This document shows, one piece after another, positions 29,033-39,728 of a stretch of 48,626 bases of DNA. The notes under the pieces were generated by a model. That model was not told the origin of the DNA, did no database searches, and saw only the letters and a list, made by a program, of their open reading frames with translations. The stretch is from a virus: the IMG/VR virus record IMGVR_UViG_3300025529_000003. One strand, given 5' to 3'. The position numbers were made by a program, and so were the translations under genes. Within the stretch, counting starts at the first letter, position 1, and the number at the start of each line of letters is the position of its first letter.

Positions 29033-31045
29033 TCATATAGAAGTACCCGTGGTAAATGTCCCGCCGGCCCATGGTGAAAAGACTACCCCTCCACCTCCCA
29101 CAGTCGCCAACATCGTACCAGGTGCAATCCCATGATTGTGTCCAGTGATGTTCACTGTATGGACATGGTTCTTGTCAGCTTTATTATTTACTGCAATCCA
29201 CAAATCGGAGATGCTGCTCCAGAGCTGGTTGATCACCTGTTGCAAAGTTTGATTGCTAATAGCTCCACGTAATTGGTTCCAACTCGGGACCTCAATCACA
29301 TTTGATGTCTGCAATGAAATCCCATTGTCTGCCGAAATGATGATATATCCGAACGACTGTAAAAGCCCTCCATAAGTCATGTGGCCCAAATAAAACTGCA
29401 AATTCGAGCCCGACATGGCGTAAATGGCTGGCCCGCCTCCGATTGCTGCATCGGGATCGATGGCCAAATACGTGCCGGCATCCCTATAAGCAAAGATCTC
29501 ATTCCCCGACATCACGATGCGGGGATAAGTTGCCGACGTCTGAATCGTCGCACCCGTGATGACCCCGCCGGATATCGATGCGCCAACGATGGAACCACCG
29601 GAAATCGTGAGACCAACAATCTCGCCGGCCGTCACTCTCCCTAGATTGGCAGTGATCGCTGAGAGTGTTTCCGCCTCGATTTGGTTCGCCTTCACTTTCC
29701 CGGTATAAACGCCATCGGGTGTCAGCAACGTCGTCTTTCCATTCCAGTTGGCCGAACTCGCAATCTGTGAATCCGGGAGCTTGCCGGTGATCTCAATATA
29801 GCCACTGTCAACACGGAGGCCATATCTACCGGGCCCGATCTGGCCAATCCGCACGCGCTCGACGTTTTGCGGGTCCGTTACCTTCATTCCCATGCCGTCA
29901 ACGAGCGTCAGGCTGTCGTCGTATTTGACGCCCTTGAGCACCGCGTTCTTCGTGGTGTACGTGATCGCTTTCTTGCTGCCGACTGTCGCCTGGAAGATGT
30001 AGTCGCTCGTCTTGTACTCGCGAAAGTTCGCCAGCGTCACGGATCCGCGCTTCGGTTCGAAGGGGTACCGGATATACTGTTGCACGCGCGCGTCGAAGGC
30101 GTAGCCTAGCAGCTCGTCGTACACGGTCACGGTGTCGCCGACTTCGATCCGCTCATCGACGAACTTTACCGGATCGACTTTGAAGAGCTCCACCAGATCG
30201 ACCTCGTAGCTGACCTTCGGCAGCTCGTGCTCCTTCAGGTATTTCTGCATTGCCACGAGAAGCGCGCCCTGATCTTCGATCTCCGGCCACTCCATCTTGC
30301 CCATGTAGGGGTTGGTCGGGTCGAAATATTCGGAGTCGATGTATTTGACTGTGTGCCCTTGATACCCCTCGATCGTCAGACCATTCTTCCCGTACCCGTA
30401 CAGCCGCGTGATGCGTTCCATGCTGTGGCTGGTACGTTTGATGCCGTTCAGGTTCTTCCGGTACCTGATGCTGACGTTCCGGTTCTCGCCCTTCCGCGTG
30501 GTGAACGTGATGTCGTAGTTGTCAAAGTCAAGCTCGGCGCCGTACAGCGTCCGGGCCTCCTGCAGTAGGTCGATCTTCGATTTTTCGCCCCACTCGAACA
30601 CGTCTTGCGGCGCAAATTCGCCCTCGATGTAGAAGGTGAACGGTGTGCCGCTGCCGAGCTTTCCGAGCAGCGTTTCCGGCGGGACGGTCGCTTGGAAGTC
30701 GATGTACTCGTCGAGGTAGTATTGACTGAGGGTCAGCGCAACGTGGTGCGCCTCCACCAGCTTGTACACGCGCCGCTTGTCCCGTACTTCTTCGACGCGC
30801 ATGATACGGAAGTGCTGGCCGTTCTCGATATCGCTCGGAAAGCGCACTTCGTTCGCCCCGTCGTCACGCAGAGCCTCATAGCGTTCCTCATCTCCCGGTT
30901 CTTTCGGGTAGAGGAACTGAACGAAGTACTCGCCGTTCAGCGTTTCGCTGACCTGAACGTCGAACGCTTTGCGGAGAACGCCGACCATGCCGGCCGGCGT
31001 CCACAGTTCAAGGCGGGATTCGAATTTACTCGGCATGCTCGCCAC
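29033..31045 (-). CDS. Tail-associated minor structural protein (Tal, prophage-tail family).
   Basis: 670 aa. The N-terminus resembles siphovirus Tal proteins. Gly-rich beta-repeat C-terminus. Confidence 0.7.
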   Translation of the reverse strand: MASMPSKFESRLELWTPAGMVGVLRKAFDVQVSETLNGEYFVQFLYPKEPGDEERYEALRDDGANEVRFPSDIENGQHFRIMRVEEVRDKRRVYKLVEAHHVALTLSQYYLDEYIDFQATVPPETLLGKLGSGTPFTFYIEGEFAPQDVFEWGEKSKIDLLQEARTLYGAELDFDNYDITFTTRKGENRNVSIRYRKNLNGIKRTSHSMERITRLYGYGKNGLTIEGYQGHTVKYIDSEYFDPTNPYMGKMEWPEIEDQGALLVAMQKYLKEHELPKVSYEVDLVELFKVDPVKFVDERIEVGDTVTVYDELLGYAFDARVQQYIRYPFEPKRGSVTLANFREYKTSDYIFQATVGSKKAITYTTKNAVLKGVKYDDSLTLVDGMGMKVTDPQNVERVRIGQIGPGRYGLRVDSGYIEITGKLPDSQIASSANWNGKTTLLTPDGVYTGKVKANQIEAETLSAITANLGRVTAGEIVGLTISGGSIVGASISGGVITGATIQTSATYPRIVMSGNEIFAYRDAGTYLAIDPDAAIGGGPAIYAMSGSNLQFYLGHMTYGGLLQSFGYIIISADNGISLQTSNVIEVPSWNQLRGAISNQTLQQVINQLWSSISDLWIAVNNKADKNHVHTVNITGHNHGIAPGTMLATVGGGGVVFSPWAGGTFTTGTSI

Positions 31046-31424
31046 CTTCGTTCGGTTTCGGGTACTGCTGTTTTACGGCTAGCCAACGGGCCCGCATCTC
31101 CGCCGCCTCCGTCCCTTCCGGCGGCTCAAGCCATTTCCAGAGCGCGTCGAGCTGGTCGCCGATGGGTGGGTACTCGGGCCGGCGCAGCGTCGCGTAATCG
31201 AGTGCTGCGCGGGCCGCCTCGAGCTCGGCGGCGAGCTCGTCGGCCGTCTTCTCACGGATCTCACTCCCGTCAAGCTTGTACCGGTGCGGTGCGGCGGAGT
31301 ATGCCTCGTACTGCTCTGCTGTGATTGGTATTGCGGTTTCGGGGATTGCATCGCCGTGAATGTCATCGAGGTAAAAGGTGCGGATGTTCCCATCTTCTTT
31401 TATCTGTACGAAATATTGGGCCAT
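31026..31424 (-). CDS. XkdW-like or tail-fiber-assembly-like protein.
   Basis: EYPPIGDQLDALWKW motif. Start moved to MAQYFV. Confidence 0.5.
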   Translation of the reverse strand: MAQYFVQIKEDGNIRTFYLDDIHGDAIPETAIPITAEQYEAYSAAPHRYKLDGSEIREKTADELAAELEAARAALDYATLRRPEYPPIGDQLDALWKWLEPPEGTEAAEMRARWLAVKQQYPKPNEGGEHAE

Positions 31425-31428
31425 ATGG

Positions 31429-31986
31429 TCATGCCCCCCATGCAATATAGTGCAAGGTAGCATCGCCCTGCAAGCCGCTGACGTGAGCGATGAACCCGAA
31501 TTTGTCTGGAAATTCCACGGTTACCGTTGCCGGCTGGTTTGTTTCCAGCACAGCCGTGACTGCGATGACATCGCCAGGAAAAGCCATTGGAAAAATGACA
31601 GAGTTCTGTCCAGAAGCAACGGTCACCCTGCTGAATATCGCGATTTTCCCCGACGAAAAACGCTGGAATTGTCCGCCAAATTGGCAGTTTCCGTCATGCC
31701 ATGCTTTCCAGTTGCTCGTGCCAAAATAGAGGTCACCTTGGGTCGGATCACTTTCCCCAACCAGCCTCAGGGAATTCGCCCTGTCGAAATCTTCGAAATG
31801 TGCGTCATTGCCGATTTTCAGCTTCCCGGTGCCTGACCCTACGTTAAGTTCGCCCAAAACGATAAGGCTGCCGCTGATCGTTCCGCCCGACGTTTCCAGC
31901 TTCGCACTATTGAGCGCCGCAAAGTTGTCGTTGAGCGGCTGACTCTCAATATACGGTCCGATTGTCTGCAAATTTGCCACATTCAT
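31429..31986 (-). CDS. Tail-fiber-like protein.
   Basis: 185 aa. N-terminal LNDNFAALNSAKLETSGGTISG, typical of fiber proteins. Confidence 0.5.
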   Translation of the reverse strand: MNVANLQTIGPYIESQPLNDNFAALNSAKLETSGGTISGSLIVLGELNVGSGTGKLKIGNDAHFEDFDRANSLRLVGESDPTQGDLYFGTSNWKAWHDGNCQFGGQFQRFSSGKIAIFSRVTVASGQNSVIFPMAFPGDVIAVTAVLETNQPATVTVEFPDKFGFIAHVSGLQGDATLHYIAWGA

Positions 31987-31991
31987 TCACC

Positions 31992-32783
31992 TCACAGATG
32001 TAAGAAGTTGTAATCCCATGTCAGCGTTCCCGTCCCACCCGTGATCTCAAAGAAGCATTCGCAGCCACCCGGTGGGATCGGGGCGAAATCCGAGTGCGTC
32101 AGCGTCTGCAGGGCGCCGTTCTTAGTGATACGGCCGTTCAGCGTATCGATCACCAACTTGTCACCCGCAGCGAGCGTCGACGCGCTGCCCGCGGTACGGC
32201 CGTTGATCGTAATGCGTGGATTCGAGCCGCTACCGGTGTACGTGATAATGGGGTATGCGTCCTCGAACCCGCGGTTTTGCATGTACATGGGCAGGCGCGG
32301 GACCGCGATCGCGAATTGCGTCTCGTTCGGGTACATCAGGCCGGTGTCGTATTTCAGGCCGGTATCATACTTCAGCGTCGGCGTATCCGTCGCTTCCTCC
32401 CGGCCGAACGGGTCGGTGCATTTCATCGTGATCTCGAACGTGCCATACCGGTTGAACTGCTGAATTCCGAGCTGACCGGTCAGTTTGGCCATGTATGTGA
32501 TCTTCGGCATTTCGTCAAATACCAGCGGGCCCGCGGGAAGCGTGGGGTTGAGCCAGGAATAAATCTCCGACTGCCGAACCTTGAACGGCCTGTCGTCGGG
32601 CGTGATGTCGATCACGAGGTCGATCTGCCGCTTGCCAAACTCCGTTCCGTAGTCGATGACGCCGGCCAGCCCAGCAACCTCTTCCTCATACTCGCGAAGT
32701 TCAGGAGGCTGGATGACGTATTTCAGCAGATTCACGCCGAACTCCGAGCAATGTCTGCCGCGATATGTGAACCCGTATGCCAT
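31992..32783 (-). CDS. Distal tail protein (Dit).
   Basis: Start moved to MAYGFTYRGRH, 2 nt after the TMP stop. Position and N-terminal pattern fit Dit. Confidence 0.7.
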   Translation of the reverse strand: MAYGFTYRGRHCSEFGVNLLKYVIQPPELREYEEEVAGLAGVIDYGTEFGKRQIDLVIDITPDDRPFKVRQSEIYSWLNPTLPAGPLVFDEMPKITYMAKLTGQLGIQQFNRYGTFEITMKCTDPFGREEATDTPTLKYDTGLKYDTGLMYPNETQFAIAVPRLPMYMQNRGFEDAYPIITYTGSGSNPRITINGRTAGSASTLAAGDKLVIDTLNGRITKNGALQTLTHSDFAPIPPGGCECFFEITGGTGTLTWDYNFLHL

Positions 32784-32784
32784 A

Positions 32785-35700
32785 TCATCCACCGCCCCCC
32801 GCCAACTTCTTCCGCAGCACCTCAGCCGCCGTGTTGCCGCTCTCTCGCTCGAAAGTACGAAGGTCAATGCCGTCCTCGAAGACCGGATCATTTATCTCAT
32901 ACATCTTCTCGATATAGACGTTTCCGCCTCCCCCGCGTCCGGACAATGCGTCGACGAGCGAACCGATCTGTCGATCTGTGAGCGTCACTTCACCCACCTT
33001 GAGAATGGCTGCGATCTCGTTCGGCAGCAGGATGTCAGGCGACCGAAAATTCATCATACCGGCAATACCGCCTGTATGATAGAGCGGCACGCCGCCCTTG
33101 TACCAGCGTCCGTCTCTGCTGTTGAACGTCGCACCGATCAACGCTGCGAGGCGTTGGTTTTCGGCCTGCAATCTCTGGCGCTCATCCGGAGACGCCGAAT
33201 GCCATGCGGCGCTGTTTGCCTGCATCTGCTGGATAATGGACATGGTTTGCGCGCCGGTCGTCGTTCCGGCTGCCGAACCGGGCGAAACGGTTCCGTATCC
33301 TCCTGAGAGCGCCGCAAGGTCGGCAGTCAGCTTCGCCATTTCTTCCTTGATACGCTGGTTGGTCGTGATGAACGACGCGAGCCGCTCGTCGTCAGCCAGC
33401 TTGTAGAGCGTCGTCAAGTCGCCCGTGAACTCTTGCGTTGCCTCGCGCAGGTCGTTATACCACGATTCGATGTCAGCCTTACGTCGTTCGAGCGCCTCGA
33501 GTTCCTGATCACGCTGCTTTTCAAGCGACCGCTTTTGATCTTCCACGTCCATCTGCCGGAGCTTCTCCTGCAGTTCTTGAAAGTGCTTCTGTCCCTTCTC
33601 AGACGTGGCGTAGCGGTACTTCTCCATCTCCGCGATGAGCTCGTTGCGCTCTTTCAAGCGTTCGGAGTCATCGATCGCTTCGAGCTGCTCGTCATAGAAC
33701 TTTTGGATGGCTTTCCTCCGCTCGTCCAGAGCATCGAGTTCGGCCTTCCGCTGCTTCTCGATGGCCGACAGGGCGGCTTTGGTGACGTCGTTGATTTGAC
33801 GCTCGCGCTCCTTTGCCAGCTCCTCCGCGGCGCGCTGTTCCTGCCGCATGAGCCACACCCGCAGGTTGTAGACTTGCGTGTCAGCCTTTTTGTAGTACTC
33901 ACTGTCCTTCTCATACCGGTTGCGGACGCGGGTCCAGGCTTCGAGCTTCATGCGGGCGATCTCCTCTTCGGAACGACCGGCGAGCGTCATGCGGCGCTCT
34001 TCCTGCTCAATCCATTCCGCCGATGCTTCGAAGCGTTCCTTTTCCGCCTTCTCGGCCTCTTTGGCTTGTTTCTCCTGCAGCTTCCTCTGATCCTCGGCCA
34101 TCTGCTGCCGCACGCGATAAATGGCGACCTCAAGTTCGCGCGTGATCTCGGCGTTGCCCTTGAACCGCTCGAGCAGGCGAGACATGGCATCGATCTCTTC
34201 CTGCTCGCTCATCCGGTTCAGCTCGCGCCGGTACCGGATCCAGTCCAAGGCGGCCCGGAATTGTTCTCTCTGGATTTCTTCCCGCGTCTTCGTCTTCGAT
34301 GTTTTTTTCTTTTTTTCGTCCGCAGGTACATCATACGACGGAACAGTGAACAGATCCGTATAGTTGCCGCTCTGGATCGATGCGATTCGCTTGTCGATCT
34401 CGATCAGTGATCGCTCCAGCGTGCTGATTTCATCGATCATGTCCGTGACGCGATCCTGCTGCTCGTTTTTGAACTGCTCTCTGGCCGACTTCACCCAAGC
34501 CGGTTCTTCCCGGACCAGTTCCGGGGCCACCGGGGAAAGGAGCGACGGATTTTCCTCGACTTTTTTGATGTTCCGAAGGGCGAGCTGCAAACTCTCGACT
34601 TCGGTCCGGAGCAATTCCAGCCGCGCAGTTGTGTGCTGCTTCATGTTCTCGAGGTCTTCACGCATCTTCTCGGCGCGCGCATTGTAGTAGTTCGTCTCAG
34701 CCTCGAGTGCCTGATCGAGGACATCCAGACTCTGAAGCCGGAGCTGGTTCTCATCATCGTAGTAGACCAGCAGGTTCGGATATTCCTCTTTCAGTTGGCG
34801 GACGATGTTGGTCATTTCCATGCGCTGGGCAGCGCTCAGTTCTTCCAGCCGATTCAATTCCTCGTACCGGTTCCGGAGTGCTGTCAACTTGTCGATGTGC
34901 TCAACCTGGGTTGCGAGTTCCCGAACCTCGGCCTTGTTCAACTCCAACATGGCCGGGATCGCTTGTTCAAGCTGCTTGTTCAGCTCCTCCAGCACTTTCG
35001 GCGCTTTGTCCGGCGTGTCAATCCCGAGCTTCGAGAGTTGCTTGTCGATCTCCGCCAGTTGGGCGCTCAATTGGCCCAGCTCTCGCAGTTCGGGCGTCAC
35101 CATGCGTTGTTGCGACCATTCACTTGAGCGAGACCGGATCTCAGCAATTTGCTCTTCAAGCTGCCTCCGACGATCGAGTAACTCATTCAGCGTATCGATA
35201 TCCGCCTGCAAGTTCTGGACATCTTGAGATGTCCGTTTGAGCGGCGATTCATCCAGCTTCCGGTTCAGTTCTTCTTGGTTCTGCGCGAACTTCCACACCG
35301 ATCCTGCTGCGGCGTCTGCTGCGGCGCTGTAAGCGAGCGTGCCGGTTATGAGCGCGCCGATCCCGAGCACCGCCCATCCTACCGGCCCCATTGCCGCATT
35401 CAGCACCAGTAATGCGGTCGTGAGCGCTCCAACAACCGCTATCAATCCAGTGATGGCCACGGCGGCCGCCGTGACGCCTGCGACAACCTCTTTATTCCCT
35501 TCCGCGAAAAGCGCGAACTCGCGAATGAGCGGCGTCACGAGCTCGAGCAGATCCTGCAGTACCGGGATAAAGGCTTCGCCGAGTTCTTGGCGCGCCGTGG
35601 CGATCGTCTGGTTATATGTCGCCTGAATGCCCGTATATCCGCTCATTGCCTCGTCGGCGTTTCCGGCGTAGATCGCGGCTTCCTGCATCATGCCGTTGTA

Positions 35701-36642
35701 GGCGGCTTGAACCTTCTGCGCCTCCGTCAGTTTGGCGGCCGTCGTGCCGATCGAGCGAGCATACCGCTCATACATGACAGACAGGTTTGTCGTGATGCCG
35801 GCAGCGTCCGTCAGATTGGAGTTTCCCTGTTTAATGCCTCGTGCTACCTGACGGATAGCCTCATCCCATGACAGATGTGCTTCTCGGTTGTATGCAGCAG
35901 CGTCAGCTGTTGCGATGATCAGATCTTCGGTCTGCTGAAGGGTCAGCCCCATCGAGAGGTACGTCTTTACGGTGTCGGCGATGACGGCCCGGTTCATCCC
36001 CCACCGGTCAGCCAGGCGGTCGGCGAGGTCGGCGGCCGCCTCCACGTCAACGTTGTATGATTTCGCGACGGAGGCAAGGCCGCTATATGAGTTGGCGAGT
36101 TGGTTTGCTTCCTCGGCGAGTGTGATCATGGTGTTCTTGAGCTTCGAGAATGCTGCGCCGGCGCCGAGGGCTGCGATGGCGGACGCGAATCCTTGCATGC
36201 TGCCGCTGGCTTTTTTCGATTTTTCGTCGGTTTCATCGAGTTCTTTGTTTGCCGCGGAGAGACTGTCTTCGAGCTTCCAGATTTCACGAGCCGTCCGATC
36301 GGAGGTTTGGGTGAGCTTGAGGAGCGATGCTTCCGTCTTCAGGATCTGCTCCTGCAGTCTCGACCGCCTGTCCTCGTTGAACGTGGCGTCGTATGCTTTT
36401 TTCAGCCGCTCGAGCTTCTGCTGCTGGATCTCGATCCGGGCGTTCACGTTGTCCAGTGTTTGGGTGAGATGCCCGATTTTTTCGCGGGTCAGCGCGATTT
36501 TCTCCATCTCAGCCGCGGTCTTCTTGCTCTCCGCCCCCAGGTCGGAAAACTCTTGTTTGACCGCACGGATCTCGCGCTTCATCTGGTTCGATTCAGCAAC
36601 AAGACGCGCCCTCAGTTCGCCAATTTCAACAGCCATAATCAC
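32785..36642 (-). CDS. Tape measure protein.
   Basis: 1285 aa. Coiled coils plus a hydrophobic Gly/Ala block. Follows the chaperone pair. Confidence 0.9.
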   Translation of the reverse strand: MIMAVEIGELRARLVAESNQMKREIRAVKQEFSDLGAESKKTAAEMEKIALTREKIGHLTQTLDNVNARIEIQQQKLERLKKAYDATFNEDRRSRLQEQILKTEASLLKLTQTSDRTAREIWKLEDSLSAANKELDETDEKSKKASGSMQGFASAIAALGAGAAFSKLKNTMITLAEEANQLANSYSGLASVAKSYNVDVEAAADLADRLADRWGMNRAVIADTVKTYLSMGLTLQQTEDLIIATADAAAYNREAHLSWDEAIRQVARGIKQGNSNLTDAAGITTNLSVMYERYARSIGTTAAKLTEAQKVQAAYNGMMQEAAIYAGNADEAMSGYTGIQATYNQTIATARQELGEAFIPVLQDLLELVTPLIREFALFAEGNKEVVAGVTAAAVAITGLIAVVGALTTALLVLNAAMGPVGWAVLGIGALITGTLAYSAAADAAAGSVWKFAQNQEELNRKLDESPLKRTSQDVQNLQADIDTLNELLDRRRQLEEQIAEIRSRSSEWSQQRMVTPELRELGQLSAQLAEIDKQLSKLGIDTPDKAPKVLEELNKQLEQAIPAMLELNKAEVRELATQVEHIDKLTALRNRYEELNRLEELSAAQRMEMTNIVRQLKEEYPNLLVYYDDENQLRLQSLDVLDQALEAETNYYNARAEKMREDLENMKQHTTARLELLRTEVESLQLALRNIKKVEENPSLLSPVAPELVREEPAWVKSAREQFKNEQQDRVTDMIDEISTLERSLIEIDKRIASIQSGNYTDLFTVPSYDVPADEKKKKTSKTKTREEIQREQFRAALDWIRYRRELNRMSEQEEIDAMSRLLERFKGNAEITRELEVAIYRVRQQMAEDQRKLQEKQAKEAEKAEKERFEASAEWIEQEERRMTLAGRSEEEIARMKLEAWTRVRNRYEKDSEYYKKADTQVYNLRVWLMRQEQRAAEELAKERERQINDVTKAALSAIEKQRKAELDALDERRKAIQKFYDEQLEAIDDSERLKERNELIAEMEKYRYATSEKGQKHFQELQEKLRQMDVEDQKRSLEKQRDQELEALERRKADIESWYNDLREATQEFTGDLTTLYKLADDERLASFITTNQRIKEEMAKLTADLAALSGGYGTVSPGSAAGTTTGAQTMSIIQQMQANSAAWHSASPDERQRLQAENQRLAALIGATFNSRDGRWYKGGVPLYHTGGIAGMMNFRSPDILLPNEIAAILKVGEVTLTDRQIGSLVDALSGRGGGGNVYIEKMYEINDPVFEDGIDLRTFERESGNTAAEVLRKKLAGGGG

Positions 36643-37348
36643 ACACCCGCTTTCATCCGAGCAAGCAGCTCTTGATATTGTTCCTCTGCCGACTTCTGTG
36701 GCTCCGGCGGCGGTTTGGGCAGCCGGTTTCTATACCGCTCCCAGATCGACTTCTTGGCCTTCTGATCCGTCACATGCGGGAAAACCGTGGCATCCAGCAG
36801 TTCAAACCATTCTCGCGCCTTCATCTCGTTCCGAATCTTGAGCAATTCCGGCAGATCAACCCACGCATACTCGTTCTCGATCTCCTGCGGAGTCTTGCCC
36901 AGTGCGACAGCGCAGCGCCGAACGAACTCATCCGGGGTTATACGCTGGCCTGATCCATCCGCTTGATGATGCTCTCCACGAACTGCCGGGCCAGCGGCGG
37001 GATCAGGCCGTTCAAGTTTCCCAGCGCCCGATTCATGTCGTTCTTTTCCCACGTCAGCCGCAGGAAGTTCGTGCATTCCGCGAGGCTCGCATGCTCGTCC
37101 AAATACTCAAGTGGCAGATCACTCAGGATCGACGTCAGTTCGTAGATTTCATCTATTGCAACGTCAGCGGCCGCCACGATATAGACCGCGCGCTCGTTTT
37201 CAGGAGTCAGGAACAATTTCACAAGGTAATCGCCAATCGTGCCAATGTGCTCGGTCAGTTTTTTAAGCCGGGCGCGGGTAAGCTTCGGGATTTCAACTTG
37301 CTTTTTGCCGAGGATCACGCGCTCGGATTTCAGGAACGGAAGGTTCAC
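36639..37348 (-). CDS. Tail assembly chaperone, -1 frameshift fusion product (G-T-like).
   Basis: Second frame 36639..37076 overlaps the first. Canonical heptamer G GGA AAC at 37022-37016 in the zero frame. Confidence 0.6.
36938..37348 (-). CDS. Tail assembly chaperone, zero-frame product.
   Basis: AAGGAGGG lies 7 nt before the GTG at 37348. Sits between the major tail protein and TMP. Confidence 0.7.
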   Translation of the reverse strand: MNLPFLKSERVILGKKQVEIPKLTRARLKKLTEHIGTIGDYLVKLFLTPENERAVYIVAAADVAIDEIYELTSILSDLPLEYLDEHASLAECTNFLRLTWEKNDMNRALGNLNGLIPPLARQFVESIIKRMDQASV

Positions 37349-37406
37349 AAAAAGTCCCTCCTTCGTTTCGGGATGATAAAAAAAGGGGCCTTTGTGGCCC
37401 CAGAGA

Positions 37407-37961
37407 TCAGGATGCCGTTGCGGTAATGTCTCCCCACGTATACAGCAGACCGACCGGATCTGCATTCAGATCCGGATACGCCACCACTTCGATCGGGAAC
37501 TTCTGGTTGTCGTCGAGCCGGAAGCTGATGTTCGCGTCGAACTTGATCGCGCAGCTCTCCAGGTAGATGAACCGGCTCGGATCCGTGACCCCGAGCGGCT
37601 TGATTACCGCGCGCTTGCGCGGAAGTTCCTGTCCGGCCAGACCGGTGACCTGGTACTTGACCTTCGTCGGTGCGGAGCCATCCACGACCTTGTTCACATC
37701 CGGATTGAACTTGACGACCTTCTCGAAGTCCACATCCGGCGTCTCGAACGTCACCCGGCCAACGGTTCCAGTCTTGATCGTCTTCACCGGCGCCGTGCCC
37801 GTCTGGTCGGTCGTAGGCTCGAAATACGTGGTCTCCGTGACGAAGTTGATGCCGCCCTGCGTCATGTCGATCGTGACGGCGTCGGTATTCGGCGTGCCGT
37901 CTTCCTTCACGTCCCAGATGAAGATGCCAGGGCCTGCGTAGATTTTGTTTACGTCAGCCAT
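37407..37961 (-). CDS. Major tail protein.
   Basis: 184 aa. Position and beta-rich composition. Confidence 0.7.
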   Translation of the reverse strand: MADVNKIYAGPGIFIWDVKEDGTPNTDAVTIDMTQGGINFVTETTYFEPTTDQTGTAPVKTIKTGTVGRVTFETPDVDFEKVVKFNPDVNKVVDGSAPTKVKYQVTGLAGQELPRKRAVIKPLGVTDPSRFIYLESCAIKFDANISFRLDDNQKFPIEVVAYPDLNADPVGLLYTWGDITATAS

Positions 37962-37967
37962 CTTTTC

Positions 37968-38372
37968 TCACGCCTCCCTCAGATAAAAAGTGAAATTGGT
38001 CGAGAAGATCGGCCGGTCTTCCTCGTCCCGCCCGAGAAAGATCGGGTTGGACTGCGAAGCCAGACACGAAAAAACCTGTACGCTGCCAACCGTGAAGTTG
38101 GCCTTGCGGTGCAGGTGTCGAATGAGTGATTTTGCCAACGCCTCAGCGTTTGCCATGTTGTACGGATCGCTCTTGTACGGCTTGCCCTTGATGATGATCT
38201 GGAACGTCACGCGCTCCGTCGGAACATATGGATGTGGCGCGAATCCGCCGGTGCCGAACACGAACAGGCACGGATACTTGTTCTCGGGCAGGCTTGCCGG
38301 GATGAAGTTCGGGTCCGGGTAAACGGTGAATCCCGCGGACGTGAGGTAGGCAATCAAGTCAGTTGCGAGCAT
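37968..38372 (-). CDS. Tail terminator or tail completion protein.
   Basis: Gene order. Confidence 0.55.
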   Translation of the reverse strand: MLATDLIAYLTSAGFTVYPDPNFIPASLPENKYPCLFVFGTGGFAPHPYVPTERVTFQIIIKGKPYKSDPYNMANAEALAKSLIRHLHRKANFTVGSVQVFSCLASQSNPIFLGRDEEDRPIFSTNFTFYLREA

Positions 38373-38376
38373 GTAA

Positions 38377-38820
38377 TCACCCCTTCAGCACCCGGGCCAT
38401 TTCCTCGAAGAACGCCTGCGCGTTCATCTTGACGGCGTTCTCGAGGAACTTCTTGCCCGGCATGTACCCGTTATACGGCCCTTTGCTGCGAGTCTTCTCG
38501 CCCGGTGTCATTGGGATGATTTTTCCATCCTTCGTCTCCCGGAATCCCTCATGCTGGACGACGGCGTAATGGTCGACCTCCGGGCTCGTGCCGATGTCGA
38601 TGTACTTCGTTCCGCCCTCCTGCTGAACATCGCCGGCGTTGATCGCGGCTTCGAGGTCTCCCGAATCGATGGGCGCCAGCCGGCGGCCGTCATGGACGAT
38701 TTTAGCGCCGAACTTCACCAGCGTCTGGTCGACACCCTCATCAATAGCGCGTTCAATCTCACCCAACGACCTTACGATAGCATCGAGCCCGTCCAGTCGG
38801 AACTCGAACTTGTCAGCCAT
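38377..38820 (-). CDS. HK97 gp10-family head-tail joining protein.
   Basis: LAPIDSGDL...YAVVQHEG pattern. Confidence 0.65.
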   Translation of the reverse strand: MADKFEFRLDGLDAIVRSLGEIERAIDEGVDQTLVKFGAKIVHDGRRLAPIDSGDLEAAINAGDVQQEGGTKYIDIGTSPEVDHYAVVQHEGFRETKDGKIIPMTPGEKTRSKGPYNGYMPGKKFLENAVKMNAQAFFEEMARVLKG

Positions 38821-39130
38821 AGACGACCACCTTCTTCACATCGTCGGTTCCGATGAACTTTTTGACCTCGACGTGCCGCACGTGGATCGCGATCGTCTCG
38901 CCGAGCGCGTTCACGTATTCGAAAGTATCGTCGAAGCTGACCGCGTTCGGTCCTTCGAGGTGGATCGCATAGGCAACCTGGATTTCCTCGCCGCGGGCGT
39001 TCCGGATCAGTTTCTGCTCCTCCACCACCTTCGCGGCCTTCTCGGTGGCGACAGGCGGCAACGGACGGCCCCATTCGTCGGTGCCGGAGTGATAGTGCGT
39101 CACTTTTGCCGGGTATCCGAACAGGCTCAT
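38813..39130 (-). CDS. Head closure or head-tail adaptor protein.
   Basis: Gene order. Confidence 0.5.
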   Translation of the reverse strand: MSLFGYPAKVTHYHSGTDEWGRPLPPVATEKAAKVVEEQKLIRNARGEEIQVAYAIHLEGPNAVSFDDTFEYVNALGETIAIHVRHVEVKKFIGTDDVKKVVVYG

Positions 39131-39516
39131 AACAGCACACCGCCGTACTGTCTGAGTGCTTCATGCTCGGCTAATTCGTCAGCCGTCGGCCCGAGCAGTT
39201 CACGTACGTCAGGCGCAACGGCTGGACGCTCTCCATCCTTGTATGTGACTGACTCGCCGGTATCCGTGACCGTCTTCACGTTGTGCTTCTGGTACTTGAG
39301 TGCCGGGTCGATGCCCTGAAGTTCCCAGACGGCCTGATACGCCACAATTTCGACCGAGAAGGCATCTTTGTCCGGGTACCACCGCGAAAGGTTACGCTCG
39401 GACTGCGCGATGGCCACAGCGCGTTTCTGATCGGTCGCCTTGTCCCACGCCTCGGAATCCAGCAGGTTCCCCGCGATCCAATCGCCGACCTCTTGAATGG
39501 TAGGCATGGCAATCAC
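39127..39516 (-). CDS. Head-tail connector protein.
   Basis: Gene order. Confidence 0.5.
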   Translation of the reverse strand: MIAMPTIQEVGDWIAGNLLDSEAWDKATDQKRAVAIAQSERNLSRWYPDKDAFSVEIVAYQAVWELQGIDPALKYQKHNVKTVTDTGESVTYKDGERPAVAPDVRELLGPTADELAEHEALRQYGGVLL

Positions 39517-39707
39517 CCGCCGTCTTCATCCGGTTCCTTATCCTTCTTGCCGCTTCCCTTACCCTTCGCCGCCGGTTCTTCCGCGGTCTCAGCAATACCG
39601 GAATCAATCAGGCGTTTGGCATCGTCTGGTTTGATGTCCTTGATCACGTCCCCCGGCCTGTACCAAACGCCGTCGTGTTTGACGACGCCTTTCACTTTCA
39701 GATCCAT
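39513..39707 (-). CDS. Hypothetical 64-aa protein.
   Basis: AAAGGATGA RBS. Confidence 0.5.
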   Translation of the reverse strand: MDLKVKGVVKHDGVWYRPGDVIKDIKPDDAKRLIDSGIAETAEEPAAKGKGSGKKDKEPDEDGG

Positions 39708-39728
39708 GCTTCATCATCCTTTCGTGAG

